The notes under the pieces are model-generated. The model was given only the letters and a program-made list of their open reading frames with translations. It searched no databases and had not been told where the DNA came from. This document shows positions 28,461 through 40,908 of a stretch of DNA of 64,000 nucleotides, piece after piece. Position 1 is the stretch's first letter; every line of letters starts with the position of its first letter. Position numbers and translations under genes: made by a program. Origin of the DNA: Octopus sinensis (taxonomy: Eukaryota); NCBI RefSeq assembly GCF_006345805.1, contig NC_043011.1:55192464-55256463 (forward strand), given 5' to 3'.

Positions 28461-30087
28461 CAACTTCTAACAAGTCACCATTACACATCTTGACGCCGCA
28501 GAATCGTCATCTCGTCCACAGAAACGTCAGAATTTTTTGGGGTTTCTTAAGATAATCTCTGGAAAATAGATTTACTGCTAAGTACACTTAACAATAAAAG
28601 ATAGAGTATTCATTTTGAGATGAAATACATAAATTTACAACGAAATGTTAGAGAGCAGAACCGCCTTTGTTGCTTTTTTCAGGAGAAAAAGAAACTAAAT
28701 ATCTTCTTCTATGCCCAGAAACAAAACCGTGGAACACCCGAATATAATGGGTCCCTTTTTTTTTTTATATATATATATAACTTGGATGAAGAGTTACGGA
28801 GCCATATGTTTTCGATAGACTTGAGTTTAGTTTACAAATTAGTCCCGTGTGTTTGAAAAGGGATCAAAAGGTTGGAACCCCTGGAAAATTCTGTGCCCTT
28901 AATGAAAGCATTCGGACCTTCGATGTTTTCAATTCCCTTTGGTGACCAGTTATATAGATATAAATGTCAAAATATATCTTGTTTTCATACACAATGACGC
29001 TTTTTTACCTTCGAAAATTCAAGCAAAATCCTATCTATATATTTTTAATTAAAGTGATTAGCTGATCCATAAATAGAAGTTAATGAATATTTATTTTATT
29101 TATACATAAGTATATTTTGTTTGCATTTGTAAATTATATTTCCTTCCTTTAAAATAAAGTTGAAATTAGTATTTTAAATGTCTCGTAACCGTAACAATAC
29201 AAACTGGTAGTTTCATAATGAAATACACACTGCATTCATTTACTTGGCTATTTAGGCAACCAGCTGGCAGAATCGCTACTGTGCCGGACAGAATATTTTA
29301 GCAGCATTTCTTCCGACTTTACATTCTGTGTTCAAATGTTTGCAGTATTTAGTTAAAGTTGCTTAAGTTCTATGTTTAAATTTTGCCAAAGTTAGATTCT
29401 ATTTTTCTGGAGTTAATAAAATAATTTACTCAGATCAATTTTCCTATGAAGCAACCTAAATGTGGATAGAATTACAACAGAAGACCAAGATTGTCTTTTA
29501 TTTCTCTGTAGCATTAATAAATAAAATTAATATATGGGTTTAATTAGTTGACTATTCCTCTCAGTCTTTTAGTTATTAAAAAACAAAAATTAAAATAGTA
29601 GTTGTGATTTTTTTTCTTGTTTCTATTATCATTCCTTAAATGTAAAAAATAAGCTTAATTAGCTTACTGAAATATTCCAATATCATCAAAAAATTCGATG
29701 GTTACCCTTTTTCTTTTTTTTTTTTTTTTTGTTAATAGTGTTTCGACAGAAGCCATGATGGCTTTTTAAGGCCACTGGGACTTGTGGGATGAAAAAAGGA
29801 GCTTATCCTCTCACCATGGATCCACTGCATATAACAGATTCAATTCCACTAAAAACATCAAAGGATCAGAAGGTGTTGGTGGTGCTGGACATTGGATAAA
29901 TTCTATCAGCTCAAAACAGGAGCAGTTCCTCTGATAGACTTGTACAGCTTTCATCCCCCAAATTTCAATCTGTGGAAGTATTGAGACTGTGACAGAAGAC
30001 ACTTACTCAAGGTACCAGGTAGCAAGATTGAACCAGAAACAATATGGGTTTGAAGCAAACCTAATCACACAACCATACCAAGTGTGA

Positions 30088-30445
30088 TCTCTATATATAT
30101 AAACAGCAACATGTCTGTCTGTATGTGTGTCCTTTATACAAATCCACAATTTTTCAGATAGAGGGCTCGCACTTTCTATGGTCATTCAAAACCGTCCAAG
30201 GGTGGTCGGGCACATCTTTACATTTCCCCAGTCACCATGCAAAGCCATTAAAAAATCAATAGAAGTGACTTTTTTGTGAATTTTCTATCCAAAACCCAAT
30301 TAAAATGCCTGAAACTTGATACGCCAATTGAATGCCAGCTAGCTGTATGTGATTGGTCGGAGATTTGGACAGTACTCGTGCATGCACGCAGCTGTATAGG
30401 CATGCACTAGCACTATGACCCAGCGTTGCTGGGTCATAGTGCTAG
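30088..30445 (+). mobile_element. non-autonomous Helitron
   Basis: A|TCTCTATATATATAAA 5' end, internal TGTCTGTCTG microsatellite, 3' GC-rich hairpin and CTAG|T terminus. Inserted between A and T with no TSD. Confidence 0.75.
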
Positions 30446-30589
30446 TAAACTATAAAATATAATCTCAGAAACTACTTTTTTCTTTATTAGGAATCTTCTT
30501 CCCTACTTTCAATGATAATAGAGTTAATTACCATAATTGTATTCAACAAAGAAACTTCCCTCAGATTCGCTTGAGCTGCTAGAAATGGC

Positions 30590-30970
30590 ACCCAATTCTC
30601 ACACAAGTCACATCCTACCATCTTAAATGAAGGAGACATTAGACATGTAACCCTTGGAGTAGTAATGATAATGATAATGTTGGACTCTGCCACCAAAAAC
30701 GACGTGTGAGCATCCCGCATTTGCCAAACGACGGCACAAATGATTCGTTTATAACGATCAAATGTTCATCTTGCCGCACATTAACTCATTCCATCAAGTT
30801 GACATTGCCTGAACAGTATACCACGCATCAGGTGTTGGGGCTGATCACAGAGCAATGTGAGATGAAGAGTCTTGCTCAAGAACACAGTGTACCACCCAGT
30901 CTAGGAATGGAAATCACAAATGCTAAATTGTGAGTGCAACACTCTAACCACTAAGCCATGTGCCCTCACA
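30590..30970 (-). mobile_element. tRNA-derived SINE (decayed)
   Basis: Minus-strand head GAGGGCACATGGCTTAGTGGTTAGAGTG (A box) and GTGTTCTTGAGCAAGAC core. Confidence 0.6.
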
Positions 30971-30984
30971 ATAATAATAATAAT

Positions 30985-31217
30985 CATCATCATCATCATC
31001 GTTGAACATCCGCTTTCCATGCTAGCATGGGTTGGACGATTTTGACTGAGGGCTGGCAAACCAGATGGCTGCACCAGGCCCCAATCTTGATCTGGCGGAG
31101 TTTCTACAGCCGGATGCCCTTCCTAATGCCAACCACTCTGAGAGTATAGTAAGTGCTTTTTACGTGCCACCGGCACGGGGCCAGTCAGGCGGTACTGGCA
31201 ATGACCTTGCTCGAATC
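30985..31217 (-). mobile_element. family A SINE-like repeat
   Basis: (CAT)n tail plus conserved core. A near-identical second copy lies at 31710-31980. Confidence 0.8.
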
Positions 31218-32687
31218 AAAATTCAGATAAGTAACTATTGCCTTACTTACCCGATGAGGCTATTAGGATAGTAATTACAGTGCTTATGCAGTGAGTAAGA
31301 AGCAGAATAATAATAAATAACCAGGATGGCTGCTGAAATATCTTTAATAATAAACCAGTTGAATCAGGGTTCAAGTAGGACAATGTAGGTCATAGGTCGG
31401 TATTTGTCAGCCAATGTCTTTTGTGTTTCAAGCTGCTTTCATTGACTTCACTCTTCTATAAATCAACAGGGCATATTTAATTGACCCTATCCTCTTTTAG
31501 TGTTACAGTTCTTCAACTTCCTGTTCCTGTATTTTACTGCTCACAATATCATTTCTAACACCTACCTTATACAGATGGTGGAGAGAGAGAGGAGCAGTTG
31601 TGCCAGCCATTATGCTTTTAGGAAATCCACTTCCAGCACAAATTAGAAGCCTCTATAAAGTTAGTTGGTCCACTAGACACAGCAACCAAATCTATCTTAA
31701 TTCATATCTAATCATCATCATCATCATCGTTTAACGTCCACTTTCCATGGTAGCATGGGTTGGACGATTTTGACTGAGGGCTGGCAAACCAGATGGCTGC
31801 ACCAGGCTCCAGTCTTGATCTGGCAGAGTTTCTACAGCTGGATGCCCTCCCTAACGCCAACCACTCTGAGAGTGTAGTGGGTGCTTTTATGTGCCACCTG
31901 CACGGGGGCCAGTCAGGCGGTACTGGCAATGACCTTGCTCGGATCTTTTTACACATGCCATCGGCACAGGTGCCAGTGATGTGACAATAAAAGAATGTAT
32001 TGGTTAATGTAACCAAAATTGCTACCTTAAAATAAAAAGAAGCACATTTTGTATTCCTTGATATTTACTTTTGACTTTTAGACTCAAGCCTACATTTTCA
32101 ATTTTCTGTACTAACATGAACACAAGCATTTTAAAGACATTCTCTCAGCCAAAGTAGGAGTTAGCACTGAAAGCTTCATTTCAGTTTTCTCCCTTTTTCT
32201 CAATCCTTTACAGCCTCTCTTGTCCATAATTCTTTCTCCATCATCTATTGCCTTGCCTTTCTCAGGATTTCCTTTTCTCTATTTCCATCCAGAGACATTT
32301 CCTTCTCATTCACTAATCCAGTCATTTTTCACCCTTCTTTGGCACACGATCTCACAATCCATTGTCTTTCTTGGGGTGATTCTCCATTCAGCCATTCTTC
32401 CACTGAACCAGTCTCATTGCCTTTCTTTTCAACTTTCTCTATTATTCCACATTCATTATTCATACCTCAAGACCATAAATCAGAGACACTTCACACACAT
32501 GCAGTAAACATTTTCCCCTTTAGTTTCAGAGATACACCCCCCACCCATCCTCATTAGCACACCACTAACTTTCCTGGGCATCTTCTCTAATATTTCAATA
32601 TATTCTGGAAAGAGAACCAAGTTCTCATGCAAAAGTTTCCAAGACAAAGCAATTTGAAACATTGATGTTAAGTTAATTTTGGGGCTC

Positions 32688-33012
32688 AAAAAGCAAAAAG
32701 CAAGGCCATGTAGGGGGACATAGAGTTTTGTACAGGGTGGTGTTCATGCAAAGAGTTCAGGCCATTTGTGGTCAAGGGAGACTTTGAACCGAGCGGTCGT
32801 CGGCATCTTCACTATCTCGTCTGGCAGCTTATACCACAGATCCGCAACCCGGACGGAGAAAACCCCTCTCCTTTGATTGAGATGAAATCGTCGTAGATAG
32901 AGCTTTTCGGAGTGACCCCGCAGCCGACGCTCTGGAGCAGGAGTGAAGAACAGCTCTTTCGAGAGGTTACACTTTCCGCTTATGATGTTGTGAGCGAGAA
33001 TGAGATCATGGG
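32688..33012 (-). mobile_element. CR1-type LINE 3' end
   Basis: ORF 32744-33055: DLILAHNIISG...RRLRGHSEKL...FSVRVADLWYKLP...FKVSLD is the CR1 RT C-terminal signature (RGH...F..RV...WN.LP). (TTGCTT)n-like tail. Confidence 0.85.
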
Positions 33013-33174
33013 TAATTACCTCCACATTAACGTGAAGAGAAGATGCCTCACACATCCAAAACCAAAATAGAGCTGTTTTTTCTTAAGAATTTGTCTTCAG
33101 GTGTCTTACCAGGAATATACTATTCTTGGTTTGCATGCTCTGGAAAAGACCAAACTACATTATTACCAATTTAA

Positions 33175-33405
33175 CCCTTTCATTTCTGTATTTATGAGAT
33201 GCTCTGTGTTTCTTTCAATTAATTTTAAATATAACAAAGAATTTAGTAAAATAACTTAGTTACTATCATTAAGCTAGTGTTAGGAACATAAATTGTGATT
33301 AAGGTTTGGTGGAAGATTTTGATTCAAAACTTATGAAAACAAGACATTTGTACTCAGAGCCAGATCCGGTTTCAGCCGGTTTCAGCCGGGTTGGTAACGA
33401 AAGGT
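33175..33405. mobile_element. piggyBac-type MITE (same family as 11252-11466)
   Basis: TTAA-CCCTTT... / ...GTAACGAAAGG-TTTAA ends; internal sequence nearly identical to the 11252 copy. Confidence 0.8.
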
Positions 33406-33814
33406 TTAATTCATTCATCTTCATTTTTTTTATGTCTGTTTTTCATGATTGCAACAACGACACAAATCTCAACAACATTTCATCTCCTGTCACTCACAAC
33501 AGCACAGAAAATTGCCAACTTCTGTGGCTGCTATTATTCTTTATTCATTTGTTCTTTTACTCGTTTCAGTCATTTGACTGCAGCCTTGAAGGGTTTTTAG
33601 TCAAACAAATCAACTCCAGCTCTTATTTTTTAAACCTAGTACTTATTCTATATACAATGGGCTTCTTTCAGTTTCCGTCTACCAAATCCACTCACAAGGC
33701 TTTGGTTGGCTCAAGACACTTGTCCAAGGTATCATACAGTGGGACTGAACCTGGAACTATGTGGTTCAGAAGCAAGCTTCTTACTACACAGCCATGCCTC
33801 TGCCCCTTGGTTTA

Positions 33815-34043
33815 TATATATATCACCTTGACTGACCTGTCCGTCAGACGTCCATTTGACATCGCTGGTCACAGCACACTGTCCACTCCTCTCTGGATCG
33901 TGCCTTTCTCATCCACGTGATCCCAATCGTCCTCCTGAAATTGTAACTCCACCATCGTGGAGGCCTTCCGAATGGTCATTTCCGCTCACGCAGGTACCAC
34001 TCAACAACTGTGCGGGTCCACCGATTATCAGTGAGCCGGGCAA
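33815..34043 (-). mobile_element. RTE-clade LINE 3' end (second family)
   Basis: Minus-strand translation ARLTDNRWTRTVVEWYLRERK*PFGRPPRWW...WMRKARSREEW, the typical RTE 'DNRWT...W.P...GRP..RW' C-terminus. Confidence 0.8.
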
Positions 34044-34725
34044 GAGCAGGAAGAGGTGCTAACCACAAAGTAGTAGGAGCAGATATGCCCCCTTTCCAAA
34101 GAAAGTTTTGAAAACAAATGCACAGATTAAAAAACAAGAAAAAAAAACTTGATGGTAATTAAACCAGCAGATTCAACTATAGTTTATATATATATATATA
34201 TATTAATCTGAGGGGCTGGAGCATAGTTTTAACAACTGGATGCTCTTTCTATTACCAACTAAGTGGCAGCACAGATTCATTTTCCCTGCTTCCTTCTTCT
34301 CTCACTTTCTATAAGACAATCCATAATTTCAGGCCTCTCTAATTTATCTCTTTAATAAATCTCCTTTAATCATTATTTCAGCTAATGAGTCTCTTATTTA
34401 TTATTAAGGATATCATGTCCCTACTTGATCTGATTAAAAAAAAACAACAACAACAGCGACAATGTTTTGCAAGATTAATCCATCCTGAATTTTAAATATT
34501 TCAGCAACAATTCTTCTTGAAAGACCAACAGCCATTACCTGTCTTTGTGTCTTTGTTTTAGTCATCCCTCCTCCCACCTCTCTCTCTCTCTCTCTTCATC
34601 CCTCCCTGTCTTTCCCTCTCTCACTCCCTCTCCCACCACTAATCCTTCCAATTAAACTCAGTTCACTTCGTTGTGACACCCTCTCCCTCTCACTTTCTCT
34701 CTCTCTCACACACTCTCTCTTTCTT

Positions 34726-34756
<31 letters not shown>

Positions 34757-35160
34757 TCCTCACTCTCACCCCACTGGACATTTATATTCTTTTCCAACAA
34801 ATTATTACATTTAATTCCTTTTTTTTACAAAATCCAAGCATTTTTAATGAGAAACAATATGAACATAAAAGCAACAGGGATAACATGGGACCAAAACATC
34901 ACAACCAGACATTTTATACTTCCTAAAGCTCTGACCCTGACCCCAACCTACAAACTTCACGGAACTAACCACAAACATTCCACACAAGGTCTTTCCTCAG
35001 ACATTTTTTTATTATGTTTGTAAACATTGCTTCCTTGAAATTTAATACGGCTTCCTTTGGGAGAGCAGGAAGAGGTGCTAACCACAAAGTAGTAGCAGCA
35101 GATATGTCCCCTTTCCAAAGAAAGTTTTGAAAACAAATGCACAGATTAAAAAAAAACAAA

Positions 35161-35495
35161 AACAATTGCTGCGTGGAAGGTGTTTATAAGCCATTTAAGA
35201 AACACAAAAAACTGTTAGATTCACTTCAACATTTAAATTTAATTTGTGTCGAAATATTTTCGTCGCTTTGAGACCGTGACCTGTTCACTATGCATCACAA
35301 AGCTTTGTCAGTGAACAGGTCGCGGTCCCAAAGCGACGAAAATATTTTGACGAATTAAATTTAAATATTGAAGTGAATCTAACGGATTTTATGTGTTTCT
35401 TAAATGGCTTATAAACACCTTCCACGCTGCAATTGTTTTCGTTCCAGCACACGATCTCAGATCAAGTCACTCGCTATGCAAATACATCTCCGTAA
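35161..35495. mobile_element. Penelope-like pseudo-LTR pair in inverted (fold-back) arrangement with hammerhead motifs
   Basis: Arms of about 130 bp (35160-35289 vs 35310-35438) around a short spacer. Each arm has GTGAACAG-stem-GAAAATATTT. A single copy of the same family is at 40909-41113. Confidence 0.7.
35304..35354 (+). ncRNA. minimal type I hammerhead ribozyme motif, G3-C8 core variant
   Basis: TTTGTCA-GTGAACA-G-GTCGC(ggtcccaaa)GCGAC-GAAA-ATAT-TT-TGACGAA: stem I, core, stem II, GAAA, 4-nt palindrome and UH site. Confidence 0.65.
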
Positions 35496-35659
35496 AGGAA
35501 AAAAAAAACTTGATGGTAATTAAACCAGCAGATTCAACTATAGACATTTTAGCAAATACAAATGAATAAATTACTTTGATAATAAAAGCAATGACAACAA
35601 CTTAATAAACTTGACAAGCCCTACAAAAATGCTGGACATGAGAAAAATATGTGGAAGTC

Positions 35660-36720
35660 GTATGTCAAACAAACGATGCTTCTTTGCATGAGGAATCTGT
35701 TGAAGAATCAGTGAGAAAGACAGGCAGGTCCTCTCAAGAATCTCATACTGCCAGACGTTTAAGTCCTTTGTCATCTCTTCCATCAGACCCTACATCTTGA
35801 GATTAGCCTTCATTATTTCATCTCATGTCTTCCTAGATCTCCCTCTTCTACAGATGCCATCTATTTTAAGTGATCATTGCCTTTTTATACAGTTGTCTTC
35901 ATTCATACACATCACATAGTGAAGGCACATAGCCTAGTGGTTAGAGCAGCGGACTCGCAGTCGAGGGATCGCTGTTTTGAATCTCAGACCGGACGATGTG
36001 TGTGCTTATGAGCGAAACACCTAAGCTCCACATGGCTCCGGCAGAAGGTAATGGTGAAACTTCTGCTGACTCTTTCGCCACAACTTTCTCTCACTCTTTC
36101 CTCCTGCATCTTGCAGCTCACCTGCGATGGACCGGCGTCCCATCCAGGTGGGGAACCTATATGCCAAGAAACTGGGAAACTGGCCCTTATGAGCCAGGCA
36201 TGGCTCGAGAAGGAACAAACAACATACACATCACATAGCCAAACCAATGTAGTCTTCTCTCTCTTGCATGCTGCATTTGATTCCTCTTATGCCCAACTCT
36301 TCTCTCAGCACATTTGCACTTTGTCTTACATGCACACTGATGTTGCACATCCATCAGGGCATACGAGCTTCATTCCTCTCCAGTCTATACATTGCCTGCA
36401 TTCAGTGTCTACATCTCTCTCGCCACAGAGCATAGCCATTCATACACAAACATCATGCAATCTGCCTTTCACTCTGCGAGAGAGGGGCTTTTTGTTACTC
36501 ACATGAACTTTCTCCATCCTGTTCTTATTCTGGCAAAAACACTTTCAGAACATCCTCCACCATTGCTAATTTGGTTACCTAGGTAACAGAAGCTATCTAT
36601 AATCTCAAGGAAGCATCCTGGACATTTGAAAGAGTCTAATTCCTGTGTGTCCTTAGTGCTTACTGTTCCTCTACAACTTCCACATACCATGAGGACTGTC
36701 TCCGTTAACCTGCACTTCCT
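35660..36720 (-). mobile_element. RTE LINE fragment interrupted by a SINE
   Basis: ORF 36499-36690 LEIIDSFCYLGNQISNGGGCSESVFARIRTGWRKF is the RTE 'F.YLG...RI..GW..F' motif. Confidence 0.75.
35920..36222 (+). mobile_element. full-length tRNA-derived SINE with 16-bp TSD
   Basis: Head GAAGGCACATAGCCTAGTGGTTAGAGCAGCGGACTCGC (A box), (AAC)n-like tail, flanked by CATACACATCACATAG at 35904-35919 and 36223-36238. Confidence 0.85.
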
Positions 36721-36754
36721 AACATTCCTATGTTGTTGCTGTTGTTATCATTAT

Positions 36755-37120
36755 TCATCATCATCGTTTAACGTCTGCTTTCCATGGTAGCATGGGTTGG
36801 ACGATTTTGACTGAGGGCTGATGAACCAGATGGCTGCACCAGGCTCCAGTCTTGATCTGGCAGAGTTTCTACAGCTGGATGCCCTTCCTAATGCCAACCA
36901 CTCCGAGAGTGTAGTGGATGCTTTTTACGTGCCACCGGCACGGGGGCCAGTCAGGTGGTAATGGCAACGACCTCGCTCGAATCCTTTTACACATTCCACC
37001 AGCACAGGTGCCAGTAAGGCGATGTTGGTAACGATCACGCTTGAATGGTGCCCTTTTACATGCCACTGGCACGGAAGCCAATTGGTTGCTCTGGCAATGA
37101 TCACGCTCGGATGGTGCTCA
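36755..37120 (-). mobile_element. family A SINE-like repeat, long form
   Basis: (CAT)n tail, core and three to four GGCAACGATCACGCTCGAATGGTGC-type modules. Confidence 0.8.
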
Positions 37121-37489
37121 TTATTATTATTATCATTGACAGAGTCATTAGCACTGCCAGACAAAATGCTTAACAGTGTTTTCTCCATCTTGACTTTTCA
37201 TGGTTGACTTTGCCTTTCATTCTTTCAGGATGCATGAATTAAGAACTGGTGTGTTGATATAATCAAAAATCCCTACTGCGGATAAAATGCTTAGTGGCAT
37301 TTTGTTCGTCTTTACATTCTGAGTTCAAATTCTGCTGAGATCAACTATGCCTTTCAGGGTCAAAAAATAAATACCAGTTATACATTGTGGTTGATGTAAT
37401 TGACTTAGCCACCTTCTTCAAGATTTCAGGCCTTGTAGAAAGGGTTGCTACTGTTGTTGTTGTTCTTATTGTCAGATATAATATAATCA

Positions 37490-37539
37490 TCATAATATTA
37501 TTATTATTATTATTACTACTACTATTATTATTATTATTA

Positions 37540-37576
<37 letters not shown>

Positions 37577-38093
37577 GAGTGAGAGAGCAGTGCATGCCAT
37601 CAAAGTGACACTAGGGTAAAATATACAAAGCCCAGTATACACATCATGACTACCCGTCCGATAAGGGTACACTAGGCACATGCATCACAACCATATGTGC
37701 GCTACATGGTGATCTTATATCAAGATAAACAGCACATGACCTTGCAGGTGGGGCCCAGTTAGAATTTTCTTCAGGTCGAGTAGCCCATCCCGCTCAAAAG
37801 GTCCCTGAATAAGGGTTGTTTAAGGATGTTGAAAGAACCACCCATGTTTCCAGAGGTGAATTATTCAAACCCCAAAGAATCCCTCTCAACACATGGCTAT
37901 GATACACCCCCATTCTTCCTGCTCATGATCAGAGATGCACATATCGTCAGCCACTAAGGGACATGGTCAACTGGTTAAGGTCAAACAACTGACAAGATAT
38001 TGAGCAGAATATTTGCTGTAGCCCATCTTTTATACCAAGACAAAACAATGTACATGATAACACTTCCAATCAGGGCATATTATTATTGTTGTT

Positions 38094-38124
<31 letters not shown>

Positions 38125-38145
38125 TTGTTGTTGTCGTCGTCGTCG

Positions 38146-38178
<33 letters not shown>
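37490..38178 (-). repeat. probable retroposon flanked by (TTA)n and (TTG)n tracts
   Basis: About 490 bp of balanced-composition sequence (37577-38072) abutting a long (ATT)n tract, consistent with a minus-strand (TAA)n tail. Family not identified. Confidence 0.4.
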
Positions 38179-38179
<1 letters not shown>

Positions 38180-39424
38180 GTATTTTCATCATACAACCAA
38201 ATGCAGCATCATGTGTCTTGGGTGTCATGTTTTGTTCTGCTTTTGTGTCCTCTTAAAGTATCAAGAGAACTTTACGTATGTAAAACAGCCAGAAGTGCAA
38301 CGTTCTGAATGTTGTGTGTGTGTGCATATGTGTGTATATGTTTGTGTGTGTGTGTGTGAGATAGGGTTTTCTATCTTCTCTGTTTGTCTCTATTTCTTTC
38401 TTACCGTTCCCTCGGTACCTGTTAATATGGGGATTGTTTCTCTTTTCACTTTTCACAATTGGAATGTTTCTATTTGCAAGTCTTTGCATTTCAATTGTTT
38501 CTCAATTGTTTTCAGAAATAATTGATACATTGGAACAGTTCTTTTGCTGGTGGTCTTTGACAATAATATATCTGAAGAATTTGTTTGTATAAATCTGAAT
38601 ATACCAGACTATCATCACATTGCTATTAAGATCTTGGTTAGAGTGTGATAGCATCATCTCTTTTCTCTGTGTTTCACAATAGCTGTATAGATTCCAGCAT
38701 GAATCTATTTACATATGAAGCTTTCAACTTTGCCTTATTTGTTAATACATATTTGGTTTTGGCTTCGATGAGTTCAAAGTCATTTTAGCAGTAAATTAAT
38801 TACTTTACTCTTTGCTTAACCCTTTTTGCTCCCTAATCAGCCATTGACCACTTTTATCCCCTATTCTTGACTCTGGGCTGTTTTTTTTGCTCTCCCATAT
38901 CTCACTGGGTTTGAACTGTCGTCAATGCTTCTATAATTTTGCCCTTTTTTTCTATGTAGGTGTGTTGACCCTATGCAAACCCATTTTTACCTCTAGGAAG
39001 AAGTGATCCATATTAGTCCAGCTTCTATACTTTGACCTGTCCAGCATGGGGTGAGGGACCCTTCCAAGAACTTGCACTCCACTGGCATAGTTTTCAGGAT
39101 TACTGAGACAAATAATACACCAGGCCACAACAAGAACTGGACCTTGTGGTGCAATGGGTAGATTGCCCCTTGATATTTTAATTCTCTGTTCTCTGAGAAC
39201 AAATCTGATCAAGGATGACTTTGTTTGTCATCCTTTCAGGGTCAATGAAATAGTTTACCAATTCTGGTCGATAGAGCATCAGAAAGGATGCCTTCTGGCA
39301 TCTGCTCTTGTAAAAGACATTTGCCCAAGGTGCTGTGCAGTGGGGCTGAACCCAAAACCATATGGTTGCAAAGTGAGCTTCTTAACCGCCTAACCATGCC
39401 TTTTTGTGGTTTGCAGATATTTCT

Positions 39425-39705
39425 GTTTGTCTCCTTATATTGTGTCCTTATATTGCTTCCTTTTATTGTCTCCTCATATTGTGTCCTTATGTTGTCTCCT
39501 TATATTTGTCTCCTCATATTGTCTCCTTATACTGTGTCCTTATATTGCTTCTTTTTATTGTCCATATATATTTGTCTCCTCATATTTGTCTCATATTATC
39601 TCTTTATATTGTGTCCTTATGTTGTCTCATTAGATTTGTCACCTTATATCTATCTCCTTATGTTGTCTCCTTTTATTGTCTCCTGATATTGTCTCCTTAT
39701 ATTTT
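39425..39705. repeat. degenerate tandem repeat, about 13-bp unit GTCTCCTTATATT
   Basis: Roughly 20 variants of (T/G)GTCTCCT(T/C)ATATT in tandem. Confidence 0.85.
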
Positions 39706-39781
39706 CCATAACACTTAACATTAACAAGAATGGCTTTGGGCTAAAATTTTAAATCATTATTATTAATATTATTCACTGTTT

Positions 39782-40165
39782 AAGGCAGTGAGCTGGCAGA
39801 AACATTACCATGCCGGGCAAAATGCTTCATGGTATTTTGTCTGCCGCTACATTCTGAGTTCAAATTCCGCCGAGGTCAACTTTGCCTTTCATCCTTTCGG
39901 GGTCGATTAAATAAGTACCAGTTACGCACTGGAGTTGATATAATCGACTTAATCCATTTGTCTGTCCTTGTTTGTCCCCTCTGTGTTTAGCCCCTTGTGG
40001 GTAGTAAAGAAATAGGTATTTTGTCTGTCTTTATATTCTGAGTTCAAATTCCGCTGAGGTCAACTTTGCCTTTCATCCTTTCGGTGTTGATGAATTAAGT
40101 ACCAGTTGCATACTGGGGTCAATCTAATTGACTGGCCCCCTTCCCCAAAATTTTGGGCCTTGTGC
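39782..40165 (+). mobile_element. tRNA-derived SINE (family C, octopus OR-like) with duplicated core
   Basis: AAGGCAGTGAGCTGGCAGAA head, GAGTTCAAATTCCGC B-box and two copies of GGTCAACTTTGCCTTTCATCCTTTCGG...AAGTACCAGTT. Related copies at 37190-37440, 47878-48090, 55465-55555 and 57655-57875. Confidence 0.8.
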
Positions 40166-40385
40166 CTAGAGTAGAAAAGAATATTATTCGTTATTTGAGA
40201 ATCAACACGAAAAGTGTCCTTTTTACTTTTTCTTTTTTTAAACAAGTTTTGGTTAAATACGTGTTAGAGAGCATGCGTATGTTGAAGGTTAACAAAGATG
40301 TTTATGGTTAGCATTAACAAGAATCTTCAATGGAAAACATGTATACAAGTATTCAAAGTTAACGAGTTTATTCTTCCAGATTAAC

Positions 40386-40650
40386 GACACCTGTGCTGGT
40401 GGCATGTGTAAAAGGATTCGAGCGAGATCGTTGCCAGTACCACCTGACTGGCCCCCATGCCGGTGGCACATAAAAGCACCCACTACACTCTCAGAGTGGT
40501 TGGCATTAGGAAGGGCATCCAGCTGTAGAAACACTACCAGATCAGACTGGAGCCTGGTGCAGCCATCTGGTTCACCAGCCCTCAGTCAAAATCGTCTAAC
40601 CCATGCTAGCATGGAAAGTGGACATTAAACGATGATGATGATGATGATGT
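40386..40650 (+). mobile_element. family A SINE-like repeat
   Basis: Conserved core ending in GGACATTAAAC(GAT)n. Confidence 0.8.
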
Positions 40651-40908
40651 TTAAGGTTAACAAATGTTGAATGAGAACGATGTAGCAACATTTAGAGGTT
40701 TTCGTTTGGCTGTTTTGCAAAGAATCCCTTTTCCTAAGAGCAAATTTGTCAATGTCTTTATTGATATTGTGTATCATCCTAATTGTGACAACCACAAATT
40801 GGTCGATAGACCCACATTCCTTAACTGCCATCTTCATTTTACTTCAACAGCTTGGCTGATGCAATATCTCCCATGTCCAGGTCTTTTCTACACAACAATC
40901 TAGTTATT

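Noticed and set aside
35920-36000. tRNA-like sequence
   Set aside because: It is a SINE head: continues into SINE body and tail with a 16-bp TSD, and no intact cloverleaf is evident.
38000-38308. Poly-Cys ORF
   Set aside because: (TTG)n/(GTC)n trinucleotide repeat.
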